Source: Spirochaetota bacterium (GTDB lineage: Bacteria > Spirochaetota > UBA4802 > UBA5550). From it: a stretch of DNA of 64,000 nt. The notes beneath the pieces are model-generated. The model was given only the letters and a program-made list of their open reading frames with translations, made no database searches and was not told where the DNA came from. Positions 59,189-64,000 of this stretch are shown here, one piece after another; positions within the stretch are counted from its first letter, which is position 1, and each line of letters opens with the position of its first letter. The position numbers were made by a program, and so were the translations under genes. The DNA lies in NCBI GenBank assembly GCA_050298055.1, contig JBNKTL010000012.1:1-64000 (forward strand), in the 5' to 3' direction.

Positions 59189-60280
59189 TTACTCATTTTT
59201 CATATGAACATCCATCTGAGGGAACGGAATTACAACCCCATTTTCCCTGAACCTGCTGACAATTTCAAAGTTAATGTCACTAATAATTTCAAATCTGTGC
59301 TTTGGATCGTTTGTCCACATCTCCAGGGACATATTGATGGATGAATTGTCAAATTTTTCCAGGAGGACTTCAGGTTCCGGTTCATTGAGAATTTTTTCAT
59401 GGTCAGACGCGATCCGGAGGAGAATATCCCTTACTTTTTTCACGTCTGAGCCGTATGAAACCCCAATGGGCGCCTTGATCATTGTCTTGATGTCATTGTG
59501 GCTCCAGTTAATGACATTTTCTGAAATAAACTTGGAGTTTGGCACGATAATGATTATATTGTCCCTTGTCTTAATGTGGGTGCTTCTTGCTTTTATCTGT
59601 TCGATTGAACCGTAGATATTGTTGACTTCAATATAATCACCAACCTTGATGTGTCTTTCAACAAGGATAACGATACCGCTGATAAAGTTACTGGCGATAT
59701 TCTGAAGCCCGAAACCGATACCCACCATCAGCGCCGCGCCGATTGTTGCAAAAACTGACAGGTTAATGCCATTCACCTGGAGCCCGATAATGACACCGGT
59801 GCCAATGATAAAATATTTCAGAAATGTATCTATGACATTTCTCAGCCCAATATCAATACCTGCCCTGGGGTAAATATCGTGATTGAGTATTTTAAGCAGA
59901 TACCTCGAAAAGATGAGTGAGAGCGATATGATAATTACCAGAAGGAGTATCGAAGTGACTGATACAGGTGTGGAGCCAATGGTGATAAACGGTTTAAAGA
60001 CCAGGCTGTAGGCATAATCGAAGAGAGTGCGGTCTATTCCCGTAAGACTGAATCCGATTGAAAGGGCCGCCACAATGAGTGTCAGCTTTATGAGAACAAT
60101 GACAAGGTACCTGGATTTTCCCAGAGAGTCCCATATTTTTACTGTTTTTTTCTTTAAGAGCCGTAAAATCAATCTTGAGAGAATGACCGCAAAAACAACA
60201 GGAAGTATGAATTTGATCAGTATTAAGATTGAAATATTCAACCTGTCAATTGTAAAGAGTGTTCTCTCGAGAAATTCCAT
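59189..60280 (-). CDS. mscS: Small-conductance mechanosensitive channel family protein
   Basis: GIGFGLQNIASNFISG, IKVGDYIEV, IIVPNSKF, IPFPQ. Confidence 0.93.
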   Translation of the reverse strand: MEFLERTLFTIDRLNISILILIKFILPVVFAVILSRLILRLLKKKTVKIWDSLGKSRYLVIVLIKLTLIVAALSIGFSLTGIDRTLFDYAYSLVFKPFITIGSTPVSVTSILLLVIIISLSLIFSRYLLKILNHDIYPRAGIDIGLRNVIDTFLKYFIIGTGVIIGLQVNGINLSVFATIGAALMVGIGFGLQNIASNFISGIVILVERHIKVGDYIEVNNIYGSIEQIKARSTHIKTRDNIIIIVPNSKFISENVINWSHNDIKTMIKAPIGVSYGSDVKKVRDILLRIASDHEKILNEPEPEVLLEKFDNSSINMSLEMWTNDPKHRFEIISDINFEIVSRFRENGVVIPFPQMDVHMKNE

Positions 60281-60308
60281 ATCGGTTTACTTTTGCCGGA
60301 ACAATATA

Positions 60309-60387
60309 TCATTCCCGCGTAAGCGGGAATCCATTATCTTCAATAAAAACGGATCCCGGATCGCAGCTTCGCTTCGTCCGGGATGAC
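60309..60387. repeat. TCATTCCCGCG..GCGGGAATCC / GGATCCC..GGGATGAC palindromic element
   Basis: tcattcccgcgtaagcgggaatcc ... ggatcccggatcgcagcttcgcttcgtccgggatgac. Confidence 0.75.
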
Positions 60388-60413
60388 AATCGAACATACT
60401 GTTCACTCAGTGT

Positions 60414-61808
60414 TTACTTGTCTTCACCTTCAAGCTTTGAAGTATTTATTTTCATTTCATACTTTTTAAGAAGGTCCCTTTCCCAGATGCTCCGCTTCTG
60501 GGAACGCTTCCTGTGCAAGAGGGTGAACTGTATTCTTTCCTTTACGTCATTAAAGGGCTGAATTTTTGCGGCCATCTTCTTCCCCAGTTTTGACTTTTTT
60601 GTATATGCTCTTTTCTTGTTCTTTTCATATTCACGCTTTATCTCATCATCTGATACGCTGGTTCCCTTTGATGTAATACTGTTCTTGTACTCGCCTGCGA
60701 GAGTATATTCTTTAATGAATTTCCAGTTGAGTTTATATTCCGGTATATTATCAATTCCCCTTTTGAGAGCTTCCCGGACCAGAAGGTCCTGCCTCATTAT
60801 TCTTTTCACCAGGTGTTGTTTCCTTTTTATATCAGGGTCTTTCATCTTTCTGCCGGATTCCGCTCTCCTCTTTTTTGAAAAATCCAGGATCCTGTTCAGG
60901 TCTGAAACTTTGAAGGTTTTTTTGCCCACCGAGTAAAGTATCTCTTCCGGGTTCTTGAATGATGAAGTCTCTATCATATCCTTTACATCCGGGGCTTTCA
61001 TGAGGTTTTGTTCCAGGGACTTTGCCGCGTTCATCTGGAGTCTTCTTTTAAGCCCCTCGGCTTTTTTCTTTTCGAGTATAACGCTTGAAATATTTTTGTC
61101 TGTGATCTCCTTTTTGTCTTCCAGTTTAACAATGTAGAGGGAATTTTTCAGTTTTACCGGTTTCTTTGTATATTCTCCCGGCTTTAATGATTTTGCCGCG
61201 TTGAGTACTTCTGGCTCCCTCATCCCCTGGACAAGGTAGCCGAGTTCGCCCCCGTTTTGTTTGGAAAAGTCATCGGAATATTTTTTTGCCAGTTCGCTGA
61301 AGCTCTTTTTCCGGTCAAGTTCGGTCATTATGATTTTGGCCTTTTCTCCGGCATTTTTGAATTCTTTTTCAATTTCATTTTTGCTGAGGATGACCCTTTT
61401 TTTATTTTCAATCCTGTAATTTTTTATGGTGAGTTTAATGACCTTCAGTTTAAAGGCTTCCTCCTTGAATTCCATGCTGCTCCTGATTTTCTTTACAAAG
61501 AACCCTGCAAGAAAATTGTTTTTAACCAGTGTCATCAGTTCTTCCAGGTCTTTGGATTTAGTGAAACCCGATTTCTCAGCTTCAATAAACGCGATCCTGT
61601 CAATGGCAAACTGCTTGAGCTTGATTTTCTGGTTTGATTTTTTCTTTAAAATGGATTTCGGGGAGAGGTTCCTGCTCTTCATCCAGTCACGGAATTCCCC
61701 CCGCGTAATGTTTCCTCCTTTGAAGCTTACCAGTACATCATTATCACCTTTACATGCGGTTATTGTTACAACAAGGGATATGGCAATAATTGAAAGGTTT
61801 TTCAACAT
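60414..61808 (-). CDS. Parvulin-type peptidyl-prolyl isomerase lipoprotein (PrsA/SurA-like)
   Basis: Signal ending ITA-C; SFSELAKKYSDD..SKQNGGELG rotamase motif. Confidence 0.85.
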   Translation of the reverse strand: MLKNLSIIAISLVVTITACKGDNDVLVSFKGGNITRGEFRDWMKSRNLSPKSILKKKSNQKIKLKQFAIDRIAFIEAEKSGFTKSKDLEELMTLVKNNFLAGFFVKKIRSSMEFKEEAFKLKVIKLTIKNYRIENKKRVILSKNEIEKEFKNAGEKAKIIMTELDRKKSFSELAKKYSDDFSKQNGGELGYLVQGMREPEVLNAAKSLKPGEYTKKPVKLKNSLYIVKLEDKKEITDKNISSVILEKKKAEGLKRRLQMNAAKSLEQNLMKAPDVKDMIETSSFKNPEEILYSVGKKTFKVSDLNRILDFSKKRRAESGRKMKDPDIKRKQHLVKRIMRQDLLVREALKRGIDNIPEYKLNWKFIKEYTLAGEYKNSITSKGTSVSDDEIKREYEKNKKRAYTKKSKLGKKMAAKIQPFNDVKERIQFTLLHRKRSQKRSIWERDLLKKYEMKINTSKLEGEDK

Positions 61809-61998
61809 TTCAGTCTCCTTTTTTTCTGTTTTTTAAATTTCTGAGAATTGGCAGGAATATGCCAACTTCATCTCCACTCGTAATATTCCTTATTGAGGGA
61901 GATAGGAAATAATGTCAAATTATTTTCGGAGAGGAGTGATTTTAAAGCAGGGAGAATTACAGTTTCCGGGAAGTGAAGAGAGATGATTGCAGTTGTGA

Positions 61999-63072
61999 TT
62001 ATATCTGCACCCGTGCCCCGATCTGAATATTAATGTCCTTTTTGTTTCTCAGGTTGACCATGGATTCGGCGGTTACCCTTATGAGGGCAAGGCTGATATC
62101 GAAGCCCACAATATAAACCGGTATGACAAGGTGGGGAGTATACTTGTTTTCAGACACAAGGGTAACATTTGCAATCTGTCCCGATGGATTGATAGCCGGT
62201 GCAGTATAAACCGGATCATCGGTGGTTGCGGTCCCGCTGGCATCAACATCCACGTTGAAATACCCGAAGTTAAAAGAGGTCCCCAGGCCTGTGTAGAATC
62301 CGAAGATCCAGAAGAGGTCCAGGTAGGCGATAAGGCTTGAGGATACGGAGACCATGTACCACTTCACCTTTGCCGAATACTGGGGCGTCATGTCAACATC
62401 CACATCCATTGTCGTGCCGCCGCCTGTGTCTACCTCGATACCATCCATGGGATATTCGATCTCACCACTTACCTTCGCAACCCCGTTAAGCATATCCGCC
62501 CCTAGGCTTACTGTCACTCCTCCGAAATTAAAGAGGCCGGGGAGGATGGTCTGTTTCGATACGAAGTTATAGCGTATCTTTCCCCCGATTGAATAGAGGT
62601 TGAGCTTTTCAATGTTGAGATATGACTTATCAAGGGGGGGCTGGTACATTCCCGAACTGAAAGTAAAAAACCTGAACATGATGTCGAGACCCTTGCCCAT
62701 CCCCAATCCGAAATAGGCCGCGGGACTGATGCCTCCCGCAGGTTTTATATTATCGTTCTGACTCTCATCATCAAAATATTCCATATTGGTAAGACCCGCG
62801 CTCACCGATGCCCCCACGAAAAAACTGGGGAACCCTCCCAGGTAGGCGCTTCCCACCGGGTATCCGCCCATATTTGCCAGGGCAAATCCATCGGCAACAC
62901 CGGGCCCGAAGGTATCAAGGGTATCCTGAATGAGGCTTTCTACCTCGGCGAGCCCCAGAGTGGAAAAATCATAACCACCCCCGCTGGCATCGGTGGCAGT
63001 AATGGTTGTTCCCGAATAGAGAGGAATATTCAGAAACATAACAAGAGTCACTATAATCGCAAGAAGTTTCAT
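61999..63072 (-). CDS. Exported protein, probable outer-membrane beta-barrel
   Basis: Signal peptide from ATG 63072; alternating beta-strands ending INIQIGARVQI. Confidence 0.7.
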   Translation of the reverse strand: MKLLAIIVTLVMFLNIPLYSGTTITATDASGGGYDFSTLGLAEVESLIQDTLDTFGPGVADGFALANMGGYPVGSAYLGGFPSFFVGASVSAGLTNMEYFDDESQNDNIKPAGGISPAAYFGLGMGKGLDIMFRFFTFSSGMYQPPLDKSYLNIEKLNLYSIGGKIRYNFVSKQTILPGLFNFGGVTVSLGADMLNGVAKVSGEIEYPMDGIEVDTGGGTTMDVDVDMTPQYSAKVKWYMVSVSSSLIAYLDLFWIFGFYTGLGTSFNFGYFNVDVDASGTATTDDPVYTAPAINPSGQIANVTLVSENKYTPHLVIPVYIVGFDISLALIRVTAESMVNLRNKKDINIQIGARVQI

Positions 63073-63292
63073 TTGTATAATATACACATTTTTTCTCTTT
63101 GAAAGGCAATAAATCATTAAATAAATCGTGTTTAATATATATTGGCCGGTGTGATCATGTCAATGCAAATTCCCTCATGGGAAACCGGTGCACCTGTTCT
63201 TTTTCTGCTTGTTAAAATGGAAATATTATTAATAACTATACCGGGAACAGGTACAAAATTATTTCCAGGAGTGTATAAAAGGAGTGACAGAT

Positions 63293-64000
63293 ATGGACTG
63301 GAAGAAGATCGAGGAACTCTACCCGGTAAACAGAAAAATGATATGGCTGAACAACTGCGGGACCACACCCTCGGGTGAACATATTAAAGAAGAGGTAGCA
63401 TCATTCATGGCATCTTATTCCGAGAACGGAATACTCACTCCCGATTTTCCCTACTCAACAGTGCTGAGGGAGATACAGGACCTGCTTTCCCGCCTCCTTA
63501 ACTGCAACCGGGAGGATGTGGCGCTGATACACAACACCGCAGAGGGAATGAATTTCATCTCCCATGGATTCCACTTTAAAGCCGGTGATGAGATCATCCT
63601 CCTCGAGAATGAATATCCCAGCAATGTTTACCCCTGGGAACACCTGGGGAAAAAGGGCGTAAAGATAAAGTTTGTCCCGATAGCGGATACACCGGAGGGT
63701 TTTTTTGCGGGTCTTGAAGAAGCGGTTACAGAGAAAACAGTGCTTATGTCGCTCTCCGCTGTCCACTGGTGTACGGGGATGCCCCTGCCCCTTGAAAGAA
63801 TATCGGAACTCTGCCGGGAAAGAAATATCCTCTTTGTTCTTGATGCGGCCCAGGGAGCGGGACATGTTCCCCTGGATGTAAAGGAGCTTGATTGCATTAT
63901 GGCTTTCTCAGCCTGGAAGTGGCTCATGGGGCCCCTGGGGCTCGGGGTCCTGGTGATACCGAAACATAAAATTGGAGTTCTTGACCCGGTATTCAAAGGG
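63293..64000 (+). CDS. Class V PLP-dependent aminotransferase / cysteine desulfurase-like (3'-truncated; absent from ORF track)
   Basis: AGGAG SD, ATG 63293: MDWKKIEELYP..IWLNNCGTTP, NTAEG, EYPSN, DAAQGAG, FSAWKWLMGP. Confidence 0.9.
   Translation, partial: MDWKKIEELYPVNRKMIWLNNCGTTPSGEHIKEEVASFMASYSENGILTPDFPYSTVLREIQDLLSRLLNCNREDVALIHNTAEGMNFISHGFHFKAGDEIILLENEYPSNVYPWEHLGKKGVKIKFVPIADTPEGFFAGLEEAVTEKTVLMSLSAVHWCTGMPLPLERISELCRERNILFVLDAAQGAGHVPLDVKELDCIMAFSAWKWLMGPLGLGVLVIPKHKIGVLDPVFKG

Overview
A bacterial chromosomal window, probably from a free-living spirochaete (inferred from the Leptospira-like F-type ATP synthase operon, spirochaete-style lipoprotein signals and a spirochaete-type C-terminal motif; not verified). 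Housekeeping content: leuS, PTS EIIA, two tandem CLC-CBS-RCK_C transporters, ktrAB, rsgA, lon, a class I adenylate cyclase, aldehyde:ferredoxin oxidoreductase, the full atp operon, mscS, a parvulin PPIase and a class V aminotransferase. Accessory surface-protein loci: tandem Pmp-like beta-helix lipoproteins, a frameshifted Ig/Listeria-Bacteroides-repeat/FGE-CLec lipoprotein whose 3' end looks like a DGR variable region (no RT or template repeat in the window), two giant aromatic-repeat proteins, and an AT-rich lipoprotein gene flanked by 31-bp direct repeats. The most unusual signal is a family of ~50-60 nt inserts (4192-4251 and three in 6769-6968). They share a covarying two-hairpin structure but little primary sequence, carry flanking duplications of variable length, and cluster around the putative DGR target. 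Several other REP/MITE-like families fill the intergenic spaces. No rRNA, tRNA or CRISPR array was recognised.
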